Notes: generated from the sequence alone by a model not told the origin. A DNA stretch of 64,000 nt from an uncultured Acidobacteriota bacterium (GCA_963785755.1 CAWAXG010000002.1:625128-689127), one strand, 5' to 3'; positions 36,772 to 47,795 are shown, counted from the stretch's first letter. Numbers and translations: made by a program.

Positions 36772-38907
36772 ATGGCGACGCTGCTCCGCCGTCTGCGCTA
36801 CCTCTTCAACCGGGAACGATACGAACGCGAGCTCGCCGAGGAGATCGAGACGCATCGCGCGATGGTCGAGGAACGCCTCCTTCCTTCTGTTGGTCAAGAA
36901 CCTCCCGCAAGCCGAAGGGTCATGGGGAACATCACGCTCGCGCGCGAGGATGCGCGGGGCGTCTGGGTCTGGTCCTGGCTCGACAGCACATGGCAGGACG
37001 TTCGTTACGCGGTTCGGAATCTCGGCCGCGAGCCCGGCTTCGCGATCCTCGCGCTGGCGACGCTAGGAATCGGCATCGGCGTCAACACCAGCCTACTCAC
37101 CGTGTTCAGTGCCCTGTTCCTTCGGCCATGGCCCGTCCCCGATCCCTCGACGCTCTTCGAGGTCACCGTCGACTATGGCAGCGCGAACTCTCGAAACGAG
37201 GAGTTCTCGTTCCCGGAATACCTTCATCTGCGTGAGCACGCGCGATCGGTCAGCGGCTTGATCGCGTCGGCGTGCGCTGACAATCGTGAGCCGGAATGCC
37301 GCTTCACGCTCGACGACGAGCGCGTGAGCACGCTGCTCGTGAGCCGCAATTACTTCGATGTCCTCGGCATCGCGATGGAGCAGGGGCCGGGGCTGGCTGG
37401 ACCGGAGACGAGGCAGGATGCGGTCGCGGTCATCAGCTATGCGCTGTGGCAGCAGCGATTCGCGTCGGATCGGGCCATCATCGGGAAGACCGTTCACATC
37501 AACTCGGTGCCGTTCACCGTGCTGGGCGTCGCTCCTCGAGATTTCGGCGGCACATCGTTCGCGCGCAAGGACGTGTGGATTCCGCTGGGATCGCGGGACC
37601 TCGCGCAGCCCCACGCACAGACGCCCCTGGAGACTCGATTGGCCGCGCGACTCGGCCCGGACGTGGCGCGGCAACACGCCACGTCCGAGCTCGATGCGCT
37701 CCATCGCCGGTACCGGGCCGACGTCGAACGTCTGATCGGCCGGACGATCACGCTCGACGACGTGCCGGTGATGGTGGTCGGTGTGACCGCGGCCGGATTC
37801 GCCGGGACGAAATTCGAACGTGTGGACCTCTGGCTGCCGCTGGCTGCCGCCGCGGTGTTCCGTCCGAACGAACGCTGGGTTCGCGACGAGATTTCGGTCG
37901 GGACCGGTCCAGGTCCGCGCTTGTCCGGCTACCTGGCGCTCGCCGGTCGGCTCGCGCCCGGCGCCACACGCGCGCAAGCCGAGGCTGAGCTCACCTCGCT
38001 GGCCATGGAGTTCGATCCGTCACGGCGCCGCGGCGGCAGGGGTCTCCGGACGTTCGGCACGGCCGGAGCCGACGCGCCCGGCGGCGTGAACACTGCCGCG
38101 TTCCTCCAGATGTTCGGCGCCGTGCTGGCGGTGCTCCTTCTCGCCTGCGCGAACGTGGGGAATCTGCTGCTGGCGCGGGCCCACGCCAGACGGCGTGAGA
38201 TCGCGATGCGGCTCTCGCTCGGCGCCAGCCGATCGCGAGTCGTGCGTCAGCTGCTCGTCGAGAGCTTCGTGCTGGCGCTGGGCGCTGGAGCACTGGGCCT
38301 GTTGCTGACGCTCCATCTCCCGCGGCTGGCGCTCGAAGCCGCGGCGCGGCAGCCAACGGCATTGCAACTTCGGCCGGACCTGCCCGTGTTGGGTTTCACG
38401 TTTGCGATCTGCGCCCTGGCGTGTCTCCTGTTCGGTCTCGCGCCCGCGCTCCATGCTACGCGCCGTAACGTTTCCGACGCGCTCAAGGGCGACGCGCCGC
38501 TGCAGAGCGTGCGATTTTCGGTGCGGAATGCTCTATTGTCGGTGCAGGTCGCGCTCAGCGTGATTCTGCTCGTCGCCGGCGGACTGCTGATTCGTGGCGT
38601 GCAGCACGCGCACCGGCTGGACCACGGCTTCGACGTCGGCGGAGTCACGCTGATGTCGTTCGAGCCGCCGGTTTCGAGCTACGACGCCGCGCGCACTCGG
38701 GTGTTCACGCAGCAGCTCGCGCAACAGCTCGACACGCTCGCGCAACGCGTGCCGATCGGCATCACGCACGTCGCGCCGTTCGGCAGCGGCAACCTCAAAG
38801 GCACCTATCTCGTTCCAGGCTCGAGCGAGGAGCTGTTCAACGCCGTCTACGAGGTATCGCCCTCGTATTTCAACGTGCTTCGGATTCCCGTGTTGCGGTG
38901 TGAGTGA
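36772..38907 (+). pseudogene. ADOP-family MacB-like permease lacking the second FtsX domain (in-frame internal deletion suspected)
   Basis: Typical N-terminus (RRLRYLFNRERYERELAEEIETH), then PCD1, FtsX1 and the start of PCD2. It then jumps from ..YFNVLRIPVL to the canonical terminal RCE*. The neighbour gene ends ..VVALRCE*. PCD1 also carries an internal ~110-aa diverged duplication. Confidence 0.75.
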
Positions 38908-38960
38908 GTTCAAAGGTTCAAGGGTCCAAGGGTTCAAGGTTCACTGATTCGAGGGTTCAG
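38907..38960. repeat. Short-period array of GGTTCAA-type units (array F, reverse of array E)
   Basis: agttcaaaggttcaagggtccaagggttcaaggttcactgattcgagggttcag. Confidence 0.85.
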
Positions 38961-38963
38961 AGA

Positions 38964-41633
38964 ATGTCTTCATTCATTCGCCGGCTCAAACATCTCCTCG
39001 ACCGAAACCGTCTCGACCGGGAGCTCGCCGAGGAGATCGAGATCCATCGCACCATGACTGAAGGACGGCTTCGACAGTCCGGACTGTCCGATGCGGCGGC
39101 CGCCGCGGAAAGCCGGCGCCTCATGGGCAATACCGCGCTTGCGCGCGAGGAGGCGCGAGCGGCGTGGGTCGCGCCGTGGATCGAGAGTGTCTGGCAGGAC
39201 GTCGCCTACGCGCTGCGCATTCTCCGTCGGGCTCCCGGGTTCGCGGCCGCGATGATTCTCGTGATGGCGCTCGGCATCGGCGCCACGACCGGCGTGTTCG
39301 GCCTCGTCGATGGCCTCGTGCTCCGCAGCCTGCCCGTGCACGAGCCGGAGCGGCTGGTGTACTTCAGCCGCCCGTCGTTCTCGTATCCGGTGCTGCTGGA
39401 AACACGGGCCCGCAGCGGTCATGTGCTTTCGAGCGTCGCCGCCTGGGACATGGACCGTTTCAACATCGCGTGGGCCACGGAGCTCGAGCCCACCGAGGTG
39501 TTGATGGCCTCAGGGAACTTCTATTCGATGCTTGGCATCCGCGCCGCGATCGGCCGCACCTTCGGCATCGAGGACGATGCGATCGGCGGCGGCAATGAGG
39601 GGCTGGTCGCGATGATCAGCCATGACGCGTGGCAGCGGCGGCTTCGCGGGGATCCGTCGGTCATCGGCAGGACACTGCGGATCGAGCAGAAGACGTTCAC
39701 GATCATCGGCGTCACTCCACCGGGGTTCTTCGGCGTCGCCCCTGGCCTCGCACCCGAGGTGACCATTCCCCTGACCAGCACGGCGAATGCCGGGCGACTG
39801 ACGTCGGCGAGCTCCAGCTGGCTGCACATGCTCGGCCGCCTGAACGACGGCGTCACGCTGCGCGCCGCGAACGCGGCGCTGGGAACGTTCTGGCCGGCGG
39901 TGCTCCAGGCGACGACCAACCCCGGGATGCCAACAGAGCGCCGCGCGACGTATCTCGCGCGCACGACATCGCTCGAATCCGGATCCGCAGGTTATTCCAG
40001 GGTGCGGAACCAGTTCGCCGAGCCGTTGTGGGTGCTCCTCGCGCTGGTCACGTTGCTGCTCACGGTCGCCTGCGCGAGCGCCGCGAATCTCATCCTCGCT
40101 CGCGGCGTGTCGCGTCAGCGGGAGATCGCCGTCCGGCTGGCGATTGGCGCGAGCCGCCCCCGGCTCATTCGTCAGATGCTGACGGAGTCCGTGGTCTGGA
40201 CGTGTCTCGCATCGGCGGTCGGACTGGTGCTCGCGCTCTGGGGCGCGGGCACGCTCGTCTCGCTCATGACGACGACGCAGGAACAGATCGTGGTGGATCT
40301 GTCGTTGAACTGGCGCATCCTCGGGTTCTCGATCGCCCTGGCGTTCGTCACCGCCTGCGTCTGCTCGGTGATTCCCGCGTTCGGCTCGACGCGGCTCGAC
40401 CCGGGCTCGAGCCTGAAAGAGACCGGACAGATCAGCAGCCCGGGACCGCGACGATGGTCGCTTGGGAAGTCACTCGTCGCGGCCCAGGTGGCGCTCACCG
40501 TCCTCCTGCTCTTCGGCGCGTCCCTGTTCGTCCGCAGCCTCGCCAGCGTCCTCGCGCAGGATGCGGGCTACGAGCGCCAGGGCGTGCTCGTGCTCGCGAC
40601 CGACGTCGAAGCCCTGGGCTATGAGGGCGAGAAGCTGACCGCCTTCTATCAGCAGCTGCACGAACGCCTGGCCGGCATTCCGGGCGTCCAGTCGGCCAGC
40701 CTGTCGATGTATCCGCCGATCAGCGACGAAGACGGCGCCTGGACCCAGAGCATTGCCATAGATGGCAATCCCGTGCCCGAGACACCGGGGCAGTCGGAGG
40801 TTTACTTCAACGCCGTGTCACCGGGTTACTTCGAAACGATCGGCACGCCGCTCGTAAGCGGACGGGACTTCAACCGGAACGACATCGCCTCGGCCGGCCC
40901 CGTCGTCATCGTCAACGAGTCGCTGGCGCGGAGATATTTTCCCGGTCAGGATCCAGTCGGGCGGCAGATCACGATGGGACGCAACAAGAATCGCCGCGAT
41001 CTCCAGGTGGTCGGGATCGTCCGCGACGCGAAGTACCAGCGCCTCCAGGAAGCGACCCGCAGCATCGCGTACCTGCCCTACACGCAACAGCCGGTCGAGA
41101 ATCTGTTCGCGGAAGTCCGTGCCGCCGGCTCGCTCGTCCCGGTGGTCGAGCACATGCGGCGTGAAGTGCGGGCGCTGGATGCCGTGGTGCCCATGCGGAT
41201 CGAGACCGTCGCCGACCGCATCCGCGAATCGCTGGTCACCGAGCGCGTGATCGCGATGCTCGCGACCGCGCTCGGGCTTGCCGCCCTCGTGCTCGCCTGC
41301 GCCGGACTCTATGGCATGCTCGCCTATGCGGTCTCGCGGCGGACTCGCGAGATTGGACTCCGGCTCGCGCTCGGCGCCAACCGCGCCGAGGTGCTCAGAA
41401 CCGTCTTCTTCCAGTCGCTCGTGCTGGCGGGTCTGGGGATTCTCGCCGGCCTGATCGGCGCGCTGGCGCTCGGGCAGTTCGCGCAGAATCTCCTGTTTCA
41501 GATCAGTCCGAGAGACCCTGTGTCATTCGGCGTCGCGGCGGCCGTCATGCTGCTCGTCGCGTGTCTCGCCGCCTACCTGCCGGCGCGACGGGCGTCCCGG
41601 GTCGATCCGGTCGTCGCGTTGCGTTGCGAGTGA
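38964..41633 (+). CDS. ADOP-family MacB-like ABC permease (full length)
   Basis: 889 aa with two MacB_PCD + FtsX modules. Ends ..DPVVALRCE. Confidence 0.9.
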   Translation: MSSFIRRLKHLLDRNRLDRELAEEIEIHRTMTEGRLRQSGLSDAAAAAESRRLMGNTALAREEARAAWVAPWIESVWQDVAYALRILRRAPGFAAAMILVMALGIGATTGVFGLVDGLVLRSLPVHEPERLVYFSRPSFSYPVLLETRARSGHVLSSVAAWDMDRFNIAWATELEPTEVLMASGNFYSMLGIRAAIGRTFGIEDDAIGGGNEGLVAMISHDAWQRRLRGDPSVIGRTLRIEQKTFTIIGVTPPGFFGVAPGLAPEVTIPLTSTANAGRLTSASSSWLHMLGRLNDGVTLRAANAALGTFWPAVLQATTNPGMPTERRATYLARTTSLESGSAGYSRVRNQFAEPLWVLLALVTLLLTVACASAANLILARGVSRQREIAVRLAIGASRPRLIRQMLTESVVWTCLASAVGLVLALWGAGTLVSLMTTTQEQIVVDLSLNWRILGFSIALAFVTACVCSVIPAFGSTRLDPGSSLKETGQISSPGPRRWSLGKSLVAAQVALTVLLLFGASLFVRSLASVLAQDAGYERQGVLVLATDVEALGYEGEKLTAFYQQLHERLAGIPGVQSASLSMYPPISDEDGAWTQSIAIDGNPVPETPGQSEVYFNAVSPGYFETIGTPLVSGRDFNRNDIASAGPVVIVNESLARRYFPGQDPVGRQITMGRNKNRRDLQVVGIVRDAKYQRLQEATRSIAYLPYTQQPVENLFAEVRAAGSLVPVVEHMRREVRALDAVVPMRIETVADRIRESLVTERVIAMLATALGLAALVLACAGLYGMLAYAVSRRTREIGLRLALGANRAEVLRTVFFQSLVLAGLGILAGLIGALALGQFAQNLLFQISPRDPVSFGVAAAVMLLVACLAAYLPARRASRVDPVVALRCE

Positions 41634-41676
41634 GATGGACGCGGCGGGAGCCGCGTGGCACGGGAGATCGGGGCCG

Positions 41677-42471
41677 TCAATTGCCGCGGAGCCGATCGAG
41701 CGCAATCCCCGCGGCCACGACGACGTTCAGCGAATCCACCGCGACATCGATCGGAATGCGCACGCGCGCGTCGGCGTGTGTGAGCGTCGCCGTGTCGAGA
41801 CCCTGACCCTCCGCGCCGACGAGCAGAATCCTGCGCTCCCAGGCTCCGGCGGCGCGCGCGAACTCAGCGAGCGGCTCCGCATCGGCTTGCGGGGTGAGCG
41901 CGATCAGCTTGAAGCCGCGGCGCCTGAATTGATCGAGGCCGTCGAGCCAGGTGTCGATGCGCACGTAAGGGAGCCGCAGTGCCGCGCCCATCGACGTGCG
42001 GATCGCCTTCCGGTACAAGGGGTCGCCGCTCGTGCCGTTCAACAGAAGGCCGTCGACGCCGAAGGCCGCAGCGGTGCGGAAGAGACCGCCGACGTTGTCG
42101 GGGTTGCCGACGCCCTCGAGAGCGATGAGCGATCGCGTTTCGATCAGCCGATCGACCGGCGTCGGCGCCGGCCGCGCCGCGAGCGCCAGGCAGCCGCGAT
42201 GAAAATTGAATCCGGTGATCCCGGTCAGCGTCGCATCGTCGCAGACATAGACCTCGGTGTTGGCCGAGGACAGCGGCTGCAGCAGCGCGTCGTGGGCGGC
42301 GCGGTTGACCAGGATCGAGGCGATGTCGAACCGGTCGAGCGCGATCAGGCGACCGACAATGAGCCGCCCTTCGGCGACGAAGAGGTCGTGCTGACGCAGC
42401 CAGTCCGGATCGCCGACATGCCGAAAGGGATCGAGCCGGGGATCGTCAGCCGAGAGAACCCAATGGATCAT
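41677..42471 (-). CDS. TrmH/SpoU-family RNA 2'-O-methyltransferase
   Basis: ALEGVGNPDNVGGLFRTAAAFG ... LLVGAEGQGL ... IPIDVAVDSLNVVVAAGIAL. The ATG at 42471 overlaps the upstream stop. Confidence 0.85.
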   Translation of the reverse strand: MIHWVLSADDPRLDPFRHVGDPDWLRQHDLFVAEGRLIVGRLIALDRFDIASILVNRAAHDALLQPLSSANTEVYVCDDATLTGITGFNFHRGCLALAARPAPTPVDRLIETRSLIALEGVGNPDNVGGLFRTAAAFGVDGLLLNGTSGDPLYRKAIRTSMGAALRLPYVRIDTWLDGLDQFRRRGFKLIALTPQADAEPLAEFARAAGAWERRILLVGAEGQGLDTATLTHADARVRIPIDVAVDSLNVVVAAGIALDRLRGN

Positions 42472-43070
42472 TCGTCGGTGCGAACGACGGACCGCCGGCT
42501 GCGATGGGCGTCGAGGACGTGCTGACCGAGCCGTTTGCTGAAGAACAGCTTCGATTCGCCGGTATCCACCGGGTGCTGGACGAATCTGATGATGTTGAAC
42601 CGCAGCTGCGCCAGCGTGCTCCGCATCTCGTAGAACTTGTTCTTGGTCTTGACGATGATTTCGTCGAAGCCGTTTTCCATCGCCCAGACTTCCTGCTCCT
42701 CGGTGAGCGCGCGGAAGTGCCCCTGCCCGCGCCAGTCGCTGCGGGTCCCGCCAATCCACTGGTAGAGGACGCGCCGGCCGTCGAATTCGACGCAATCCTC
42801 GAGCTGCGCGACCAGGTCGGCGAGCTTGGGATCGGTCTCGATCGCCCTGAGCTCGTGCGAGACCTTGAACGACACGGGCACGAAGGTGCCCGGCTCTTCC
42901 GGCAGCGCCGCTTCGGCCATGAGGATTTGATGATCGCGGCTGGTGAGGCGCTGCATCACCTCGGTCGCGCTCTTCTTGCGGGGAAAATCCAGGAAGAACT
43001 CCTCGATGTATTGGATTTCGAGAGCTCCCTGCTGGAGCCCGTACTGTTTGATCAAGTACTCCACGGACAT
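42468..43070 (-). CDS. GNAT-like acetyltransferase-fold protein (tentative)
   Basis: WRGQGHFRALTEEQEVWAMENGFDEIIVKT resembles the acetyl-CoA binding R/Q-x-x-G-x-G/A segment. Confidence 0.55.
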   Translation of the reverse strand: MSVEYLIKQYGLQQGALEIQYIEEFFLDFPRKKSATEVMQRLTSRDHQILMAEAALPEEPGTFVPVSFKVSHELRAIETDPKLADLVAQLEDCVEFDGRRVLYQWIGGTRSDWRGQGHFRALTEEQEVWAMENGFDEIIVKTKNKFYEMRSTLAQLRFNIIRFVQHPVDTGESKLFFSKRLGQHVLDAHRSRRSVVRTDE

Positions 43071-43309
43071 TGGTTGATTATCGCGTTTCTCGTTGGAAAT
43101 CGATCAACGTGGCGGTTTGACTCGTTTCTACCCTGCCGCCGGCGGTCTCGTGGCTCGGGCCGGCGCCTCGGTGACCTGACAGACGGCGCTGCAAAGTCTA
43201 CCAGCAGTGCCCGGCCCTCACGAAAAGGGGCCGCCGCCACGCAGGTGCCCGCCAATCCCGCGGCCGGTGCTGGCCGACACCACTAGCGCAGCCTCGCTAG
43301 AATGTTTCG

Positions 43310-43882
43310 ATGGCTCCGACGCTTCCAGCCGATATTCAGCAGGTCCTCGACGAGATCGACGATTCCGATCGCGCCGCTGACGTACTCGTGGCGAACCTCT
43401 CCGACACGCAGTTTCACTGGCAGCCTCACGCCGGGCGGAGCTGGAGCATAGCGCAATGCCTCGAGCACCTCGCGACGATCAACGTGGTGTACGGCGGCGC
43501 GTTACGCGGCGGCGTCGAGCAGGCGCGGCAGAAGGGGTGGACGCGAACCGGTGCGCTGAAGCCGGGATTCTTCGGCCAGAAGTTCATCGAGAGCCAGGAA
43601 CCGCCCGTGAAGCGCCGGGTACGAGCTCCGGGCAAGGTCCGTCCCGGCTCGCAGCTTACGCGCGACGAGATTCTGCGCCGATACCACGCCGCGCACGAGG
43701 ACGTGAAGCGCGTGATTCAGGACGCGGCCACGATCGACGCCAACCGCGCGACGTTTCCGAATCCCTTCCTGAAGATCATTCGAGTCAAGGTCGCGACCGG
43801 GCTGCGGGTGATTGCGGCGCACGATCGCCGGCATCTGTGGCAGGCGGAGCAGGTGCTGAAGCGGCCGGACTTTCCCCGTTAG
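43310..43882 (+). CDS. DinB-family (DinB_2) protein
   Basis: WSIAQCLEHL ... AAHDRRHLWQAE helical-bundle His motifs. Confidence 0.8.
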   Translation: MAPTLPADIQQVLDEIDDSDRAADVLVANLSDTQFHWQPHAGRSWSIAQCLEHLATINVVYGGALRGGVEQARQKGWTRTGALKPGFFGQKFIESQEPPVKRRVRAPGKVRPGSQLTRDEILRRYHAAHEDVKRVIQDAATIDANRATFPNPFLKIIRVKVATGLRVIAAHDRRHLWQAEQVLKRPDFPR

Positions 43883-44055
43883 CTCGCGGATTTCTTGCCT
43901 CTCTTTCACGAGACGCGGATCACCGCCGACCTTTCACGAGTTGCGGATCGCCGCGGATTCTCCTGGGGCACGAGCCGCGGATTCGCGCGGAGGCACGGAT
44001 CAATTCCTGAGTCACGAGTCGCGGATTTGACGGGATCACGCGGATCGCGCGGGGC
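43883..44055. repeat. Array of ~25-35-nt units containing CACGAG-NN-GCGGAT (array I)
   Basis: tcacgagacgcggatc, tcacgagttgcggatc, gcacgagccgcggattc, tcacgagtcgcggattt and tcacgcggatc. Confidence 0.85.
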
Positions 44056-44076
44056 GTCCTGTCGTATCCTGTCCTC

Positions 44077-44778
44077 GTGCAGCTCGAGCTCCCGTTTCTT
44101 CGCGGTCCGGTCGTTTCAGAACCTCAGCTCGAATTCGTCCGGGTCCGGCGCGCACGAAAGTACATCCTTCGCATCCGTCCCGATGGCACGCTGCGCGTCA
44201 CGATTCCGCGTGGCGGATCGCGCCGCGAGGCGGAGATCTTCGTCGCCCGGCATCGCAACTGGGCCGATCAGGAACGCCGTCGCGTGGCCGCGCTGCACGC
44301 CCCGGTCGAGTGGCACGCCGACGATACGATCATGCTGCATGGAGAGGCCACCTCGCTGCGAATCGACCGACGCCCCTCCGGATCGGTGCTGCACCTCGGC
44401 GGCGAACGCGTCCGGGTCCCCGACGGCGTGCTCAATCTCCGGCCAGCGGCCGAAGCAGCGCTGCGCCGGATCGCAGAACGGACCCTCGTACCGAGGCTGC
44501 ACGAGCTCGCCGCAGAGCACGGCCTGACCGTGAAGCGGGTCAGCATCCGGAATCAGCGCTCGCGTTGGGGCTCGTGCTCGCGCACCGGCGCAATCGCGTT
44601 GAACTTCCGGCTGGTGCAGATGCCGCATCGGATCTGCGACTACGTGCTCCTGCACGAGCTGATGCATCTGCGCCAGCAGAATCATTCACGGCGGTACTGG
44701 CGCCTGGTCGAGCTGGTCTGTCCGGATTTCCGTGAGGCGGAGCGCTGGCTTCGAGTGGAAGGACGGTCCTTGTTCTGA
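44077..44778 (+). CDS. DUF45/YgjP-like (M48-related) metal-dependent hydrolase
   Basis: RWGSCS... and LLHELMHLRQQNHSRRYW (HExxH plus NHS). Confidence 0.8.
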   Translation: MQLELPFLRGPVVSEPQLEFVRVRRARKYILRIRPDGTLRVTIPRGGSRREAEIFVARHRNWADQERRRVAALHAPVEWHADDTIMLHGEATSLRIDRRPSGSVLHLGGERVRVPDGVLNLRPAAEAALRRIAERTLVPRLHELAAEHGLTVKRVSIRNQRSRWGSCSRTGAIALNFRLVQMPHRICDYVLLHELMHLRQQNHSRRYWRLVELVCPDFREAERWLRVEGRSLF

Positions 44779-45323
44779 TGGAGCTGACCGGTCAGCGCTG
44801 CACCCTTCGGCGCTGGCGAGCCTCGGATGCCGCCGCAATCGTGCGCCGGGCCAACAACCTGAAGATCGCGAGTCAGCTGCGCGATCGCTTTCCCCATCCC
44901 TATACAGCACGCGACGCCAGGACCTTCATCCGGCACGTGATGCAGCCGGACTCGGACGCGACCAACCTGGCGATCGAGGTCGATGGCGAGGCGGCGGGCG
45001 CGGTGGGCATGATCCAGGGAAAGGACATCGAACGCTACTCGGCCGAGATCGGCTATTGGCTGGCCGAGGACTACTGGGGCCGCGGCATCGCCGCGGAAGC
45101 CGTCACAATGCTGACCGACTACGCGTTCGGTGGTCTGAATCTCCTGCGGCTCTTCGCGTTGCCGTTCGCCAGCAACATCCAGTCAACGCGTGTACTCGAA
45201 AAGGCCGGCTACGTCCGGGAAGGCGTCCTGCACGCGAGCGCCGTGAAGCACGGCGAGCCGCGCGATCAGGTGCTGTATGCGCGCGTGAATGGAGCGTGGG
45301 CGTCGCCAATCCGCGACTCGTGA
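44778..45323 (+). CDS. GNAT-family N-acetyltransferase (RimJ/RimL-like)
   Basis: IGYWLAEDYWGRGIAAEAV...VLEKAGYVREG. Confidence 0.9.
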   Translation: MELTGQRCTLRRWRASDAAAIVRRANNLKIASQLRDRFPHPYTARDARTFIRHVMQPDSDATNLAIEVDGEAAGAVGMIQGKDIERYSAEIGYWLAEDYWGRGIAAEAVTMLTDYAFGGLNLLRLFALPFASNIQSTRVLEKAGYVREGVLHASAVKHGEPRDQVLYARVNGAWASPIRDS

Positions 45324-45341
45324 AGAATCCGCAACTCGTGA
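45308..45341. repeat. Two AATCCGC-N-ACTCGTGA units (array J, reverse of array I)
   Basis: 45308-45323 (aatccgcgactcgtga) is the exact reverse complement of 44012-44027 (tcacgagtcgcggatt). Confidence 0.9.
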
Positions 45342-45379
45342 CCAGGCGCTGATCAACCGCCGCGCTCAGCGCCCGACGG

Positions 45380-47795
45380 TCACTCGTTCCTGATCGCGAC
45401 GATTGGATCGACCGCCATCGCGCGCCGGGCCGGAACGTAGCTGGCCGCGGTCGCGATACACGCCAGGAAGATCGAGACGACGGTGAAGCTGAGGGGATCG
45501 GTGGGCGTGACGTTGTACAGCACCGAGCGGACCGCCGGCGTGACGAAGGCGGCGCCGATCATCCCGATGACGATGCCGATGGTCGCGAGCTTGAGACCCT
45601 GGCCGACGATCAGCCGCATGACGTCGCGGCGCGCGGCGCCGAGCGCCACCCGGACGCCGATCTCCTGCGTCCGCTGCGAGACCGAGTACCGACAACACGC
45701 CGTAGACGCCAATCGCTGCGAGCACCAGCGCAATCACGCCAAACAGGAAGAACATGATCCCGAACAGGCGGTACTGCCAGAAGCTTCGCTGCCTCAGGTT
45801 CTCCATGGTCGAGATCTGGAAAACGGGAAGAGCGGGATCCGAGAGCCGGAACTGCTCCCGCACCGCCGCGGTGATCGACGCGGGATCGCCCGCGACACGC
45901 AGCGTCAGGCCCGTGTTCAGCGCGGGCTCGAATGTGTAGGGCACGTAGGCCGAGGGAAAGACCGTCTGATCGTTGTCCCCCTGGAAGTGCCTGAAGTCCG
46001 CAACGACGCCGACGACCATGAACCAGTCCGGCTGCGCGTCCCCCTTGAGCCGGAACCGCCGGCCGATCGGATCGTCGTCGCCCCACAACTGTTTCGCCAT
46101 CGTTTGATTGACGAGGGCGACCGCGGTCTTCGACGTGTTTTCGGTGTCGGTGAAGTCGCGGCCGCGCACGAGCGCCAGGCCGAGCGTCTCGCGGATGTGC
46201 GGCGTGGTCGCGATGAAGCCGATGTTCCGTTCCTGGCCAGGTTCGACCGGCTTCCCGTCGACGAGCACATCGCCTCCGCCGCCGCCCCCGCCGAGCGGCA
46301 CGAAGTTCGACGCGAACGCCTTCTGCACACCGGGCAGACCCTCGACGCGGCGCAGCAGATCTTCGACCCGTCGCGCCTTCGCGTCGGCCGACTCGTACGC
46401 TTCACCCGGCAGGTAGAAGCGCAGCGTCATGAGCGGCGCGGGGTCGAATCCCACGCGGGCGCGCTGCAGATTCAGGAAGCTGCGGACGAACAGCGACGAC
46501 CCGATCAGCAGAATCACCGCGAGCGCGACCTGCGCCACCACGAGTCCGTTGCGCAGCCACGCGCGGCGTTCGCCGGCCGAACCGCGGCCGCCCTCCCTGA
46601 GGCTCTCCTGGAGGCTGGTTCCCGTCGCCTGCAATGCTGGCGCGGCGCCAAAGACGATGCCGGTTGCCAGCGAGATGGCGACGGCGTACAGGAGCGACCG
46701 CCCATCGAGTGACCAATGGATGAAGTACGGGATGCTGTCGGGCGGAATCGAGCCATCGAGAAGCGCGAGCCCGCCTTTGGCCACGAGCATGCCCAGCGGC
46801 ACGCTGAACAGACCGATCAGCATCGACTCGGTCAGCAGCTGGCGGATGATGCGCACCCGCCCGGCCCCGAGCGCGGCGCGGATCGAAATCTCGCGATGAC
46901 GGACCGACGCGCGAGCGAGCAGCAGGTTCGCGACGTTGGAACAGGCCACGAACAGTACCAGTGTCACGGCGCCCATCATCGAGAGGATGATCAGCTTCGG
47001 CTCGTCGGGAAGCATCCAGTCCTTGAGCGGACGGATGCCCAGGCCCCAGTCTCGATTGAGGGTCGGGTAGGCGGACGCGAGGCGTCCGGCGACCGAGGTC
47101 AGATCCGCTGATGCCTGCTCTTCGGAGATGCCTGGTTTCAACCGCGCGAACACTTGCAGGTTCCGGGCGTTCCGGACGGTCTTTTCGCCGTAGGGCGCGA
47201 GCGTCACCCACAGGCGCGTGGTCTCGGGGAATGCGAATCGCTGCGGCATCACGCCGATCACCGTGTGCGGACGACCGTTGACTGAGATCGCGCGCCCGAC
47301 GAGCGAGCGATCGCCGTTATACCGGTTCTGCCACACTTCGTGGCTCAACATCACCACCGGTTCGGCCCCCGGCCGATCGTCCTCCGGACCGAAGTTGCGG
47401 CCCAGGACGGGCGGCGTGCCCAGGACCTCGAACAGGTTCCAGCTCACCGTCTGCCCGATGTAGCGCTCGGGCTCGGAAGTACCGTCCGAGATTGTCAGGC
47501 TGCGTCCGGTGAATGCCGCCACGGCGCTCAGGGTGGAGGTCTGTTCCCTGAGGTCCTTGAAGTCCGCGTATGAAATACCGCCGCGCCGCACGCCGACGCG
47601 CTGGTTGACTGAATTCAGCACGATGAGGCGGTCGGGCTCGGAGTAGGGATACGGCTTGAGAAGAACGCCGTCAACGACACTGAAAATTGATGTGTTTATG
47701 CCGATGCCGAGCGACAGGCAGCTCACCGCAATGGCTGTAAACCCTGGGGTCTTGGTGAGCGAACGCCAGGCATACCGGATATCTTGAAGCAGCAT
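45380..47795 (-). pseudogene. ADOP/MacB-like ABC permease; one frame disruption as assembled
   Basis: ORF 45366..47795 carries everything up to ..GVYGVLS. ORF 45380..45733 continues YSVSQRTQEIGVRVALGA...VAIRNE*. There is an extra base inside + strand AGTAC[C]GA (45685-45692). Confidence 0.85.
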
